A stretch of DNA of 63,892 nt, filler included, from Chrysochromulina tobinii (taxonomy: Eukaryota), in assembly GCA_001275005.1 (NCBI GenBank). It is 7 parts of 7 records of this genome, joined end to end, with 100 filler letters (N's around TTAATTAATTAA, not from the genome) between each part and the next. Parts side by side here need not be neighbours in the genome. Positions count along the whole stretch, not along the records: positions 1 to 17,456 come from JWZX01000505.1; 6 more parts are not named here. One strand, written 5' to 3'. Numbering within the stretch: position 1 is the first letter of the stretch; each line of letters opens with the position of its first letter. Below, one piece after another: positions 1-11,529 of this stretch. A program made the translations under genes and the position numbers. The notes beneath the pieces were generated by a model. It searched no databases. It saw only the letters and a list, made by a program, of their open reading frames with translations, and had not been told where the DNA came from.

Positions 1-2
1 CG

Positions 3-212
3 TGCCACCTGGACCTCGCCTGCAAGTTGCAGGAGTACTCGGTGTACGTGGCGGCCATGATCGACGGTGACTCAAGGATGTGCCTCTCGTTGGTGGCGCT
101 CGACAATAAGCTGCCTTTCCGGTTTTTCACTGTGTCCTGTTTCGCTGTTAACAAGAAAGCCCAATGGAACGGTCGGTCCACCCACCTGCCCTACTTGCTC
201 GTGGTGCCTTAG
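3..212 (+). pseudogene. Fragment of an RNase H-fold (DDE integrase/transposase-like) domain, cut by the window edge
   Basis: Frame from nt 3 reads CHLDLACKLQEYSVYVAAMIDGDSRMCLSLVALDNKLP. This resembles the WHxDxxxKL...IDGxSR...L...N pattern of eukaryotic integrase-core proteins; similarity is lost afterwards and the frame stops at 212. Confidence 0.4.
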
Positions 213-215
213 GCC

Positions 216-3200
216 ATGAACAATCCTCGCGTACAGACGGGCCGTGGAGGCCGAGGGCCCACCTCGGCGGCGCGCAGTCGCGCTCAGACCGCCGCCGCCG
301 CACCCGAGGGCCTGCAGGCCAACGGCCTGCTCACGGGCGTCTCGTCGATGTCGATCGTCGGCACCAACGGTCGCAAGGAGCCTGCAGGGGCGCCTGCGGC
401 CGCACCGCCGGAGAGCAGCCGCCGGCAGCTCCATGGGTCCAGCACAGAACAGCAGCACAGCGCTCGCAGCGCGCGCCAGACTGGCCAACGCAGCCTTAGC
501 CAGGATGGCGGGTTTGGTGACGGGCAGCAGCCGCGAGGCAGCGGCAGCAGCTTGGGCGGGAGCGTCACGGGCAGCACCGGGCTGGAGAGCAGCCGGAGCC
601 ACGGCCCGCGCGCGCACCACGCCTTGATTGCCGACGATGGAGTTCAGCACGCGTCGATCATGGACTTCAACACCGCGTTCTGCGCGTGCGTCAAAGTCTT
701 CTGTGCGAGCGTGGCGCCGTGCTACGCGCTGCCATGGGTGCGGGGCGAGGAGAGTCACACGACAGGCTCGGGCTTCGCGGTGGTGCTCCCCAACGGCGAC
801 CGGCGGCTGCTCACCCACGCGGCGATCTTGGAGAATCACTGCCTGGTGCAGGTGCGCCGCATGAGGCGAGGGCCGCAACGTGCGCATGGCGTCATGCTGA
901 GTGCTGCATCCCTCCTTGCCTGCTGAGCGCTACCTGCCTCGTTGCCGGCAGGTGCGCCGCGCGAGCGAGCACCAAAAGTACGTGGCGCAGGTCGTGTGCG
1001 TCGGGTACGACGTGGACATCGCCGTACTCAACGTTGAAGACGAGCAGTTCTGGCGCTCGATGCCGCTCCTGCCGCTCCCACACGGGCTGCCTGCTGCCAT
1101 GTCCGAGGTCCTGACAGCGGGCTTTCCTACGGGCGGCGAGGAGCTCGCGACCACGCGCGGTGAGTGCCCCTGCCGCCTACACACCGGTCCGAGATCGCCC
1201 CCGAGATCGCACCGAGATCGCACCGAGATCGCACCGAGATCGCACCGAGATCGTCCTCTGACTGCCCTCTGATCGCCACGAATGACCTCGGCGCTCTCGC
1301 GACGATTCGCAGGCGTGGTGAACCGCATCCTGCTTGGCGGTCAGACGCGGGAGCTGTGCGTCGCCATGGACGCGCCGATCAATCCGGGTAACAACGGCGG
1401 GCCGGTGCTCAATGTGCAAGGGCAGCTCGTCGGAGTTGCATGCTCGGGCACACAGGTGGGATTGCGTTTGATTGCGTTTGATTGCGTTTGATTGCATTTC
1501 GTCGGAGTTGCATGCTCGGGCACACAGGTGGGATTGCGTTTGACGGAGTGCCTCTCGATGGCCTCGGATTGCAACTGACTGTGGGGATGGCGTCCTCGGT
1601 CGAACAGCACGCGGCCGGCTTCATCATCCCTCTGCCTGTCATCCACACCTTTCTCGAGAACGCGGCTATCGCGGAGGCACAGGGGCACGAGTATGCGATA
1701 CAGGGATCGTCGAACCATGAAGAGTACCTTCTGAGGACCCCTGAGTACCCCCGGAGTGATACTCGGATCGTCCCTTCCCCGTGGCCCCAGGTACACGGGC
1801 AAGAACGTGGACCACTACCGAGTACAGCCCCTTGAGAATCCGGAGCTACGCATCTCGCTTGGATTGCCCGCACGCCCCGATGAAGGTGAGGATGGTGGCG
1901 TGCTTCTCTCGAAACTCGGACCGGACGCGGTGAGTCGCATCGCATGTGCTCCTCGAAAGCATGCTCCTCGAATGCATGCTCCTCGAATGCATGCTCCTCG
2001 AATGCATGCTCACGAATTTAATGCTCCCGAACGCCACCCTGAATGCCTCCCTGAATGTCCCTAATTTGGCAGGTGAGCGAGGGCATTCTGCGCGATGGCG
2101 ACGTGCTTCTCGCAGTCGATGGCTCCCCGATTGCTCCCGACGGCACCGTGATGCTACCCGAGGCCCCCTCCCTGCGTCTCGGGATGCGACATCGCGTGCA
2201 ACGCATGCCGCTGGGCACGGTGCTCGAGTATCTCGTCCTCCGAGATGGCGAGCGCATGGTCGTCCATGTGCCCACCTCGCCTCGTAAGCTTCGTCTGCTC
2301 CCGCCACGGCTGCCGGTGCCGCGGCCCGCCTGGCTCGTGCTCGGGGGCCTCGTCTTCTGCCCCCTATTGCCCGACTATGAGGCTCTGGTGCCCAAGTGCG
2401 CGCTGATTGCTATTGATGGCCATCTGATTGCTATTGATGGCCATCTGATTGCTATTGATGGCCATCTGATTGCTCCGGTTCGAATCCGCACGAATGGCCT
2501 GATGGCCTCCCTCATCAGCTACGGAATGGTCCATATGAGTGCCTCAAATGAGCTCTTGATGGTCTCCCTCATCAGGTGCCAGCTCCAGAGGATCCATGCT
2601 CTGATTGCCTCTGATGACCTCCCTCATCAGCTCTGATGGCCTCCCTCATCAGGTGCCAGCTCCAGAGGATCCATGCTCTGATTGCCTCTGATGACCTCCC
2701 TCATCAGCTCTGATGGCCTCCCTCATCAGGTGCCAGCTCCAGAGGATCCAAGCTCCGCCCACGCCCGAGCTGCTCGAGGTCGTCGTGCTGCTGCGTGTGC
2801 TCCAATCCGAGGTCAACATCGGGTACGTGATTGACGTGATTGACGTGATTGACGTGATTGACGTGAATGACGTGCGCTCCAATCCGAGGTCAACATCGGG
2901 TACGTGATTGAAGTGATTGACGTGATTGACGTGATTGACGTGATTGACGTGTGCTCCAATCCGTGGTCAACATTGGGTACGTGCGCCAATCACGTCCCGG
3001 GACTGGAGAGAGGCATGCAAGTGCTCACCACGGCGCCCGCGCTTCCCCACAGGTACGAGGACATCTGCGGCATGGTCGAGACCTTCAACGGCCATCGCGT
3101 CGCGTCGCTGATGCATCTGGCGCAGCTGGCGCAGCTCGCGCAGGAGACGGGCGCGGAGCTGCTCGAATGCATCCTGGTCACGGGCGAGCTGCTTGTGCTC

Positions 3201-3290
3201 GACGCGGCGCGCTGCTGGGAGACGGAGGACGAGATCTTCTCACTCCACACCATCCCGCGCCGCTGCTCCTTCGAGGTGACGCCCCTTTGA
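216..3290 (+). CDS. Deg/HtrA (DegP2/Deg9-like) trypsin-fold + PDZ protein, probably catalytically inactive; 7 predicted introns
   Basis: Motifs LPW...TGSGF, VQ|VRR...KY, DVDIAVL, GFPTGG...TRG|VVNR, DAPINPGNNGGP, GFIIP, ENPELR, GGLVF, EVNIG|YED. GT-AG introns 852-951, 1160-1312, 1456-1607, 1691-1790, 1930-2072, 2396-2729 and 2823-3052 join these into one frame. Confidence 0.85.
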
Positions 3291-3833
3291 GATCTGTCCG
3301 AGATATCCCGCGCCGCTGCTCCCTGCATCCGAGGAGGAGGGGGCTCGGACGCACGCATGAGCCGCAACGAGGGCCATGGGCGGGGATATGGTCGACAGGG
3401 ACCGTGTGTACCCCTTTCGCCTTCGTGCATTTTGTACAGCGTCTTGCCGACGCCCTACGGTGTTGCGGCGCTACGACTACGTGTTGCGCTACGTGCTTGA
3501 GTAAGTTGTTCACGTGTATCGTGTGGGGGCGCCTACGTGTTCCCGTTCGTGCGAGAGCTCGCTCGGCTCGGTCGCCGCCGCCGGGTCGAGGTCCGGCGAC
3601 GCGGGCGTGAGGGCCGTGCCCCGTGGCTCCCCGGGGAATGTACCGTGCACAGTGACAGTCTAAATAATTTAATATTCAAATTAGACGGCGCATGACAATG
3701 ACACGGTGTAAACCGGGAGATAACAGTAAACAGAGTTCAGAGTGAGGTCCTCTGAATTTTTGCAGGCTAACGGCGTAGCGGGCGAACACGACAGGCACTG
3801 CCGCGCAGCCATTTGGAAGGGCGGCCTGCACGC

Positions 3834-5131
3834 TCACTCAGCCTTCTTGGTAGTCGTCACCTCCAATTTGGCCTTGTGGCCGTGGGGCTGCTTGCCGTAC
3901 GTGTGCAGCAGGACGCCGCCCACGATCGCGAGGCCCGAGAAGGCGAACGAGGCCTTGAAGGGCTTGGGGAAGAGCAGGAACGAGAGGACAATCGTGAGTA
4001 ACTTACGCGAGTTTGTTGCGACCACCGCCGCCGTCGCGCCCCAGGACCGAGTGAGCCCGATGAAGCAGCAGACGCCTACCCAGCTGCATGTGCCGTACAG
4101 GGTGAGGCGGGCCCAGGGCAGCTCGGCGGGAGGCACGAGCGTGTGCTCTCCTGTGGAGAGGATGGCAGCGACGACGGCGAAGAAGGCGAACCCGTTCGTG
4201 TAAAGCATCACGTGCATTGGCGTCAGGTGCGGGCTCGCTCGCAGCATCCGCTCGGAGAGGAGCACCTGATGAGGAAGGCAATCAGAGGTCATCAGAGGTC
4301 ATCAGAGGTCATCAGAGGTAATCGAGTGGTAACCCTTGGGCACGAGCACCTGATGAGGCAGGCAATCAGAGGGTCATCCGAAGCCATCAGCGGTCATCGG
4401 AGGTCATCAGCCAGCCGGAGGCGAGATCGAGGCGAGATCGAGGCGAGATCGAGGCGAGATCGCACCTGGACCGCGTCGCAGCTCACCGCGAAGAGCAGGA
4501 CGCCCACGCCGAGCGGCGACGAGCCCTTTCCGGTGCCGCCGCCGCCGTGGTCGGCGAGCGTGAAACCGACGAGGCCCGCGCACAGCAGCACCGCCGCCAG
4601 CTGGTCGGCGAGCGTGTACCGCTTGCGCAACAGCAGGGCTCCGAGCGCCATCGTGGGCAGCAGCTTGCACGACTTGACGACCACCTTGATCGGGTACGAG
4701 ACCCAGCGCAGCGCGACATTGCCCGAGACGAGCGACGAGAGCACGAGCAGCGAGATGCGCAGCAGCGTCCACACCGGCACGTTCCTCGGGTCGCCGCCAG
4801 TGATGCACAGCCAGAGGAGCGAGAGGAGCGCGCAGCAGCCGAACTCAAAGGACGAGATGATCAGAGGCAAGCCCTTCATTCCCTCCATGAGCTCCTCCTG
4901 CAAGACGGCGTGCAAGCAGCCAGCGGCGATGAGGATGAAGGGCAGCAGCGGCGTCATCCGTGGATTCATGAGAAACGAGGGTATCTCCAGCTCCGCCACC
5001 GGGGCCGCGGCACTGACCGACGCCTTGCCGTGGGCGCTGGTGGGAGATGCGGCGGCCGCCTTGTGCGGGGACGGAGCCGACATCGGGACGGCGCCGACGT
5101 CGTTATACTTGAGGTTCGCGGCCGTGCACAT
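3834..5131 (-). CDS. SLC35B/UAA-family nucleotide-sugar or PAPS transporter
   Basis: Motifs ALRWVSYPIKVVVKSCKLLPTM and VVATNSRKLLTIVLSFLLFPKPF, with multiple TM helices. One intron at 4266-4465. The start codon is uncertain (ORF open to 5398). Confidence 0.85.
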
Positions 5132-5494
5132 GGGACACACGTCGCCTGACAGTTTTGAACACCGGAACTGAGGAGGTTCCATGAGATCCTGAGGAGATTC
5201 ACGACCGAAGCGCTCCTCGCCGCAATCTACACACACCCCCAGGACAACCACAGCACTGAGCCAACGCTTATGTAATAAACTGCGCTCACCGTCCCTCCAT
5301 AGCATAGCTCTCCTCAAGTCGCGAGACCCGCAGGCGCTGCGAGGGCGGAGTCTCGCGAGCCCACGACCGCGCCGCCGGTCGGAGTGCGAGGCCGGCACGG
5401 GAGCAGCGGAGGCGCCTCGTCTGCGCCCCTCGCCCCTCGTCGTCGTCGTCGTCGACCTCGCCCCTCGAGATACCGTACTGGTAGGCCGAACTGC

Positions 5495-6160
5495 TCAGCG
5501 GTAGACGACCTCGGACGCGAGGTTGGCGGCCACTAGCGTCTCCCACTTGTTGCCATTCTCAAGGAGCTTCTGCTTGTCGTAGAGCAGCTCCTCGTGCGTC
5601 TCGGTCGCGTACTCAAAGTTCGGCCCCTCGACGATAGCGTCGACGGGGCATGCCTCCTGGCAGAAGCCGCAGAAGATGCACTTGGTCATGTCGATGTCGT
5701 AGCGCGTCGTCTTGCGAGAGCCGTCCTCGCGCACCTCGGCCTCGATGGTGATCGCCTGGGCGGGGCAGATGGCCTCGCACAGCTTGCACGCGATGCACCT
5801 CTCCTCGCCCGTCGGGTAGCGCCGCAGCACGTGCTCGCCGCGGAAGCGGGGCGACAGCGGCCCCTTTTCGTTCGGGTAGTTGATGGTGACGCGGGACTTC
5901 CAGAACATGCCCATCGTCAGCTGCATGCCGCGCACCATCTCCGTCAACAACAGCCCCTGCGTCGCGCCCACGAGCGCCGAGTGCAATGACGCGGTGCCGT
6001 TGTCGCTGTACACGGGGGGTGCCGGGTCGGCGCTGCCGTGCCAGGGGTTGAAATCGGACTTGGGCGCCGACGCGAGCGAGCGCAGCGACGTCCGCACGAG
6101 GGGCGACGCGCGCACGCGCGCCACAGACGAGGCCGCGGGCCGGTGCAGCCGAGCCAGCAT
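5495..6160 (-). CDS. NDUFS8: Mitochondrial complex I Fe-S subunit 8 (TYKY/NuoI)
   Basis: [19 protein letters not shown] plus two 4Fe-4S motifs ([24 protein letters not shown]) and an Arg/Ser-rich N-terminal presequence. Confidence 0.97.
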   Translation of the reverse strand: MLARLHRPAASSVARVRASPLVRTSLRSLASAPKSDFNPWHGSADPAPPVYSDNGTASLHSALVGATQGLLLTEMVRGMQLTMGMFWKSRVTINYPNEKGPLSPRFRGEHVLRRYPTGEERCIACKLCEAICPAQAITIEAEVREDGSRKTTRYDIDMTKCIFCGFCQEACPVDAIVEGPNFEYATETHEELLYDKQKLLENGNKWETLVAANLASEVVYR

Positions 6161-6257
6161 TCCCTCACGTGCGATGTAGGCAAGAGTCGCGCGATCGCCT
6201 GCTCACTGAGGAGTTCTATCAAAAACGTAATTACAAATGTAATCACGTCCCATCTTA

Positions 6258-6732
6258 GTTTCAGTTTCAGTTTCAGTTTCTTCGCGGTCCCCCCACGCTC
6301 ACTCCACCTACCTTACAAATACTCCGCTGAGGGGTGGGGGAGTACGTGCCCGCGCTCACGCGTGCGTTGCCTTGGGCCGGTGTGTGGCCTTCGGTCGGCC
6401 GAAGATGAGCGTCTGGGGACACGCTGGTGCACGGAGCCGGACGCCCAAAGTCGCATGCATTTCATTCACCACACCCCTTTTTTGGAACCTATTCGATGGA
6501 TCGGTTTCAATTTTTCTGTTCGAGACGCCGACGGCGTCACCTTTGTCTGCACTACCACGCACGCACGTGCCCACGCTCGCACCGTCTCGACGGACGGCTC
6601 CGCTCCCCTCGGTCAACACAAGTACTGAGTACTCGCTCGCTCGGGCTACTCAATTTCGCTAGTGAGGTCGGTCTCTCCCAGCACACAGTGTGATCTCTGG
6701 TGCTCGCTGCCCTATACTACCGGGCGGGATTG
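6258..6732 (-). mobile_element. Dispersed non-autonomous SINE-like element, longer copy
   Basis: 6582-6732 and about 6274-6308 are near-identical to the reverse complement of 55751-55945. In minus orientation the element ends in a (GAAACT)n tail. Confidence 0.6.
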
Positions 6733-7321
6733 TGATAGGCAATCAGGTGGGGGATGGGGGGAGGGGTGGGTGGTTGGGGTTTTGTCAACCGTCATCATAT
6801 CTCTGCCTTGATCGTTGTCCTGCCGTTGCCTCTGCCGTCCGTGCGTGTGTAGCGCTTCTTTCAATCATGCCGATCATCTGCGATCCGATCTTGATTTCTT
6901 CCGTTAGCCTGCCCGTCGCAGTTCTCGCGTCGGCGATGTGCGGTATCTTTTGCTTGCGCGGTCCCGTCCTGTGGCTGGTCTCGTCGTATGTGGCTACCCT
7001 GTTCCTTCTGCGCGCTCCGGCCAGGACCGCGGCAACGTGTCGCCCATGATGTCGGCCACCCTCACGTCAGATCACAGATGTCTTGCGCCCGTGTGTCTTG
7101 TCTCACTTACGACTTAGTTTGCCAACCTCAACAGAGTGCAGAGACTGAGCATCCGGGCCCGGGCGCCGCAGAGAGCCGGCGAAGACCCGACGCATGGGCA
7201 CGTCACAAACCACACAGCCCCCGCCCCCCATCCTGATCGGGATCATGTACACATGCTCCTTGCACACTCGGTAATACGATTTTGTACATTCGCCCGTGCC
7301 CGCGCGACCCTCGCCTGTCAC

Positions 7322-8068
7322 TCAAAAGCCGCCACCCACCATGGCAAACTTGCCACCCACACGAGGCACAAACATGCGCGACGGGCCTGGCCGTTCCTCA
7401 TGTCGGATACCGCCGCAGTTTACATCAGGGATCACATCGTATGAGCCGGGGCCAAGGGAACTTTCGCCCCCGACGATCGACCAAGGCGCAGGTACCTTCG
7501 AGTGGAACACGGCCGCGTAGCGACGGTGAGACTGGGACGTAGACAACGTCTTGTTCTCCATGCCGTAGAACGGCGTGTGAGCAGCGGCGGCTGCCAAGGC
7601 TGGTCTGTAGTCGAAAAACGCCGGTTTGAGTGGCGCATGAGACCAGCGCTGCCTGCCCATGGTCGCGGCGACGGACGAGAGCTGCCCCGCGTCGTTGGCC
7701 TGTGAGTAGTCAAGATCAACGGTAGACAGCTTCTTGGACGATGCGCGCTGTTCCAATTTGCTGGAAAAGGAAGAGTTCATCTTGAGCGGGTTGCGAACCC
7801 AGACGGGCGCGCCGAACCCAGGTTTGATGTCGTACGAGCCTGGGCCAAGGACCATTGCTTCGGAGCGCTGAAAGGTAGGAGAGTCGGGCGAGTTGGACAA
7901 GCCGCCACGCTGCGGCGACGTGGAACGAAACGCGGAGCGATAGGTGCGGCTCCGGGCCTCCCACGGATCGATGGTCGGCATGAATGACGCTCCGGCAAGA
8001 AGTACACCAAAGTCCGTCCGCGGAAAACGTAACCGTTTTTTTCCAAGCACAGGCAGGACCGAGAACAC
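7322..8068 (-). CDS. Protein with PGP (STPGR/SHIPPO-like) repeats, probably axonemal
   Basis: Two LGPGSYD motifs in a 248-aa ORF. The start is uncertain (first ATG lies further downstream). Confidence 0.55.
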   Translation of the reverse strand: MFSVLPVLGKKRLRFPRTDFGVLLAGASFMPTIDPWEARSRTYRSAFRSTSPQRGGLSNSPDSPTFQRSEAMVLGPGSYDIKPGFGAPVWVRNPLKMNSSFSSKLEQRASSKKLSTVDLDYSQANDAGQLSSVAATMGRQRWSHAPLKPAFFDYRPALAAAAAHTPFYGMENKTLSTSQSHRRYAAVFHSKVPAPWSIVGGESSLGPGSYDVIPDVNCGGIRHEERPGPSRMFVPRVGGKFAMVGGGF

Positions 8069-8095
8069 AGCCTACATTGTAGGCTACACCTGAAG

Positions 8096-9394
8096 CTACA
8101 GCGTCACGATGCCCACCTTCGTGCCCACCGTGGACGCTTCGAAGGTTACGTCGACGCGTTTCTTCGCTTTGGCGCCCAACTTGGAGCCTCCGCCTCCAGC
8201 TGGCGGCAGATTTGGCACGCTGCTCGACTGGCCCATACCGACGCGCGTGCTGGTGGACGTCACGGCAGGCTCGTCGGCCGGCTCCGGCGCCGCGCCGGGC
8301 ACCACGCCGCCGAGCCGCGCAATCTGGCGCTCGAGCCGCCTAGCCTCAGCATTGAGCCTCGCCGCGTTTTGGCGCACCTCTTCCAGGGCGGAGCGCGTGG
8401 CAAACTCGGCCAGCTGCTGCGCCTCGAGGTGGCGCTCGCGCGCACGCATCTCCTCCAAAGTGCCACCGTTCTTGGGCCGCCGCCGCTGCTTCTCGCCGCC
8501 CCTGTGACTCGGTCGCACACGTCCTCGCTCGGCAGCTTCGGCTTCGGCGGCGGCGGCGAGCTTTGCCTTGCGCTTCTCGGCCAGGCGCATCATCCGACCA
8601 AACTCCTCTTGGCAGATCGTGCCCGACTTGTTCGCGTCCACCGCGAGCCAGAACGCCTGGATGGCCTCGTCGGGCACCGCAGCGCTATCCATCAGCAGCT
8701 TCTCGCGAATGCAGCTGACGAGTTCGTGGTACTCGATGAAGCCGTTGCGATCCTTGTCGATGAGCCGGTATAGCTTGAACCAGCTGCGCTGGTATGGGTC
8801 CGGCTCGATGAGCTGCAGCGCCCTCGTCAAGATCTCGGACAATTCGCCGACCTGGTCGTCGTTGGCCGGCTGGACGCCCTGCGCTTCGAACATACGGAAC
8901 TGCGGGCCGCCTTTGCGCTCGTCTATGTCGGCCTTGACCGCCGCAGCGCGTTCGATGCGCCGCAGGTGCAAGCTCTCCATCGCCGCCTCGCCCTTCGATC
9001 GGCCAAACGCCCGCCGCATCTGTGATAGCCGGCGCTTGGCGGAGAGCTCCACATTGAGCTCAACCGAGTACTGCTCCAGCATCTCAGCTTCTGGCTTCTT
9101 TTTGATCGAGGGCAGGTGCCCTGTGCTGCTGCTGCTGCTGGCGGGCTGCCACGACACGCTCGGCCTGGCCGTCGACGTCGCTGCCGGGGCGATCATCGAG
9201 GACGTGCCCGCGGGAGGCGTCAAGCGCGCCTTTCTGCCCTTCCCAGCGACGTCAGGGAGGCGAGTGGTGGAGATCGTCTTCAGGAAGACGACATCCTCAT
9301 GACTGAGGTTGTTGAATGGGAGGCGGAGCGGTGTGTACTGTGGCAAGCTCGCTTGCAGCTGCATGCCTGGCAGCATTATCCCTGTCGACGTCAT
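8096..9394 (-). CDS. EF-hand calcium-binding protein with coiled coil
   Basis: EF loops DKDRNGFIEYHE and DANKSGTICQEE in a 432-aa ATG ORF. Confidence 0.8.
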   Translation of the reverse strand: MTSTGIMLPGMQLQASLPQYTPLRLPFNNLSHEDVVFLKTISTTRLPDVAGKGRKARLTPPAGTSSMIAPAATSTARPSVSWQPASSSSSTGHLPSIKKKPEAEMLEQYSVELNVELSAKRRLSQMRRAFGRSKGEAAMESLHLRRIERAAAVKADIDERKGGPQFRMFEAQGVQPANDDQVGELSEILTRALQLIEPDPYQRSWFKLYRLIDKDRNGFIEYHELVSCIREKLLMDSAAVPDEAIQAFWLAVDANKSGTICQEEFGRMMRLAEKRKAKLAAAAEAEAAERGRVRPSHRGGEKQRRRPKNGGTLEEMRARERHLEAQQLAEFATRSALEEVRQNAARLNAEARRLERQIARLGGVVPGAAPEPADEPAVTSTSTRVGMGQSSSVPNLPPAGGGGSKLGAKAKKRVDVTFEASTVGTKVGIVTL

Positions 9395-9787
9395 GGGAGA
9401 GGACAGCGAAGCGTTTCACAAGTCAGTTCAAGTCCAAGTTCAAGTCATCTCAGGTCTCCGTCCTCTCCGCCCACTCCCTTCCACCACAGCTTGCTTTCAG
9501 AGCACATTTGAAGTCATTTGATAGGCTTCCGTCTGTTCGTCTGTCAGTTTTGGCTGATTGGCTCTCGTACCCCCCAGAGACACGCTGTGAACAAGTTGAT
9601 TGTGGGTCGCGTCCCGAGGAGATTATCAACCTTGCTAAGCAACCACTTTCCCAAACTTTTCCACGCGATTGAAGTTTGTCAACTTTGCGCCGGAGCTTCC
9701 GCGGATCCTCCCTCGCCTTGTGTCGCGGGTGCACAACTGAACCCAAGTTGCACCCCATTGGTGCGCCCCGTGGCGTGGACGAGGACC

Positions 9788-11034
9788 ATGCAAGCGTTGC
9801 GCGGCGTGTTCGGTCTATTTGGATACGACAGTGAAACCTCCTCCACCTCGAGGATGCCCGCTGCGTCTCAGTCTGCACGATTGCACGGCGCCGGAGCACT
9901 GGGCTCGGGAGAAGTGCATACGTCCATCAACATCAACGCGCCCACACCGTGGCGGCTCCCTGGCGAGGACGCCGAATGGACGCCGAACGCGCCCGCTGCA
10001 GCGGCGGCTACGTCGAGCGCAGATGATGCCTTGCGCAGCGCTCTCATTCGCAGTGCCCTGGCGCATGGAGTACGCACCGTGCCCATCTCTGAGGACTCGG
10101 AGCAATCGGAGTCGCTTGCGCAGCGGCTGGCCAACATCGATCCGAAAGACTACCCGCGCGTCCAGTTCGTGCAGGGAGAGTACAGGCCAAAAGTCTACTC
10201 ACCCAGCCACATGAACCTCACCGTCAACCAGAGCCTGTGCATCGCCTTCATGCTCGTGCTACTGCTGCTGTGAGTGTCTTTATCGTCCCCCTGCCGCACG
10301 CGCACACCACGCTGCGCACACGCACGAACCATGCTCGGCGGCACCGCAGCGCCCCTCCTTCCCACGGACCTGATCTCGCGCGGTCGGAGTCACGAGACTC
10401 GCCCACATGACAGCGCTCCTGAGCCTACAGTGTGAGTCACGTTCACATTCACAGTGCGGGCACGATCTCCCTCTCGCTCTACGTCGCGATCCTCTCGACG
10501 CGCCTCTGGGAGTACGAGGATATTGTGTATCACCTGAACATGACGATGAACAAGAAATTCCACGAAGAGAAAATGCGGCTGGACAGGAATGATGCGTCCG
10601 CGAGTGACCTGATGTCTGAGGTGGGACGGCTCAACGCTACAGTGCTCACGCTCCAGGAGGACATCGCTCTCATGGCGAGCAACATAAGCGACCTCCGGCG
10701 CGAGGTTGATGATCTGCAACCGCATCATCATCTCCATAAACCGCCGTCGCCGCCGCCGCCGCCCCTAGCCTCCTCACTGCCACTCGAGGTCTCCACTCGA
10801 CCCGATCTCCCCTCGATCTTACCTCAATCTCGGCCTGATCTCCCCTCGCCATCAGCGCCGCTCGTCGAACAGTCAGTCGAGGAACGCGCGAGGCGGTTAG
10901 AGGCGAGCGTCGCGCTGGCCTTCAGCGCCCTCGCTGACCACGCGGCGCGGCTCGCGTGCCTCGAGGGGAACGTAACCGAGCAGTCCGGCCGATGGATCGA
11001 GCTGGATGATGGCGGGCCGTTACGATCTCCTTGA
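9788..11034 (+). CDS. Hypothetical single-pass membrane protein with coiled coil
   Basis: Intron 10270-10454 (GTGAGT...CACAG) joins two ORFs across a continuous hydrophobic helix (IAFMLVLLLL|AGTISLSLYVAIL). Confidence 0.6.
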
Positions 11035-11529
11035 GGGCGCGTCGCGTCGCGTGCCTCATTTGGATAATGCCGGGCCGTTAAGATCTCCTCCGCATGCCGT
11101 TGGCAGCACTCGTCACAGCGCTGCTCCGCGTGCCTAATGCGCACCGAGGAGCGCGGCCACGGCAGGTGGTGATCGCAGCAGCGGCACACCCAACTTGGTC
11201 GACCTTCACCTTGAATTAATCTTGACCGGAGCACCGCGGCTGCACCGGCCACCGCGGACCCGATCCGTGCCTTCTCTTGACTTTTCCACAGGCTCGAGAT
11301 TTTGTGCACTAAACGCTTCCGCAGCGTGGTACACGCACATTGGGAGACTAGAGGTAGACGCAGTCACCGCGATAGGCGGCAGGCTTCCGTTTGTTCGATT
11401 TTTTGCGAGTTAGACATAGTAAACGTCCATCACTTCTCGAAAAGGAAAGGCGAACACCTCGCAAGAAGGAAGAACCGCTCGTGAAGCCCCTGGGAAGGGA
11501 ACCCTACGCGCACGGCAAGCGGCGCAAGG

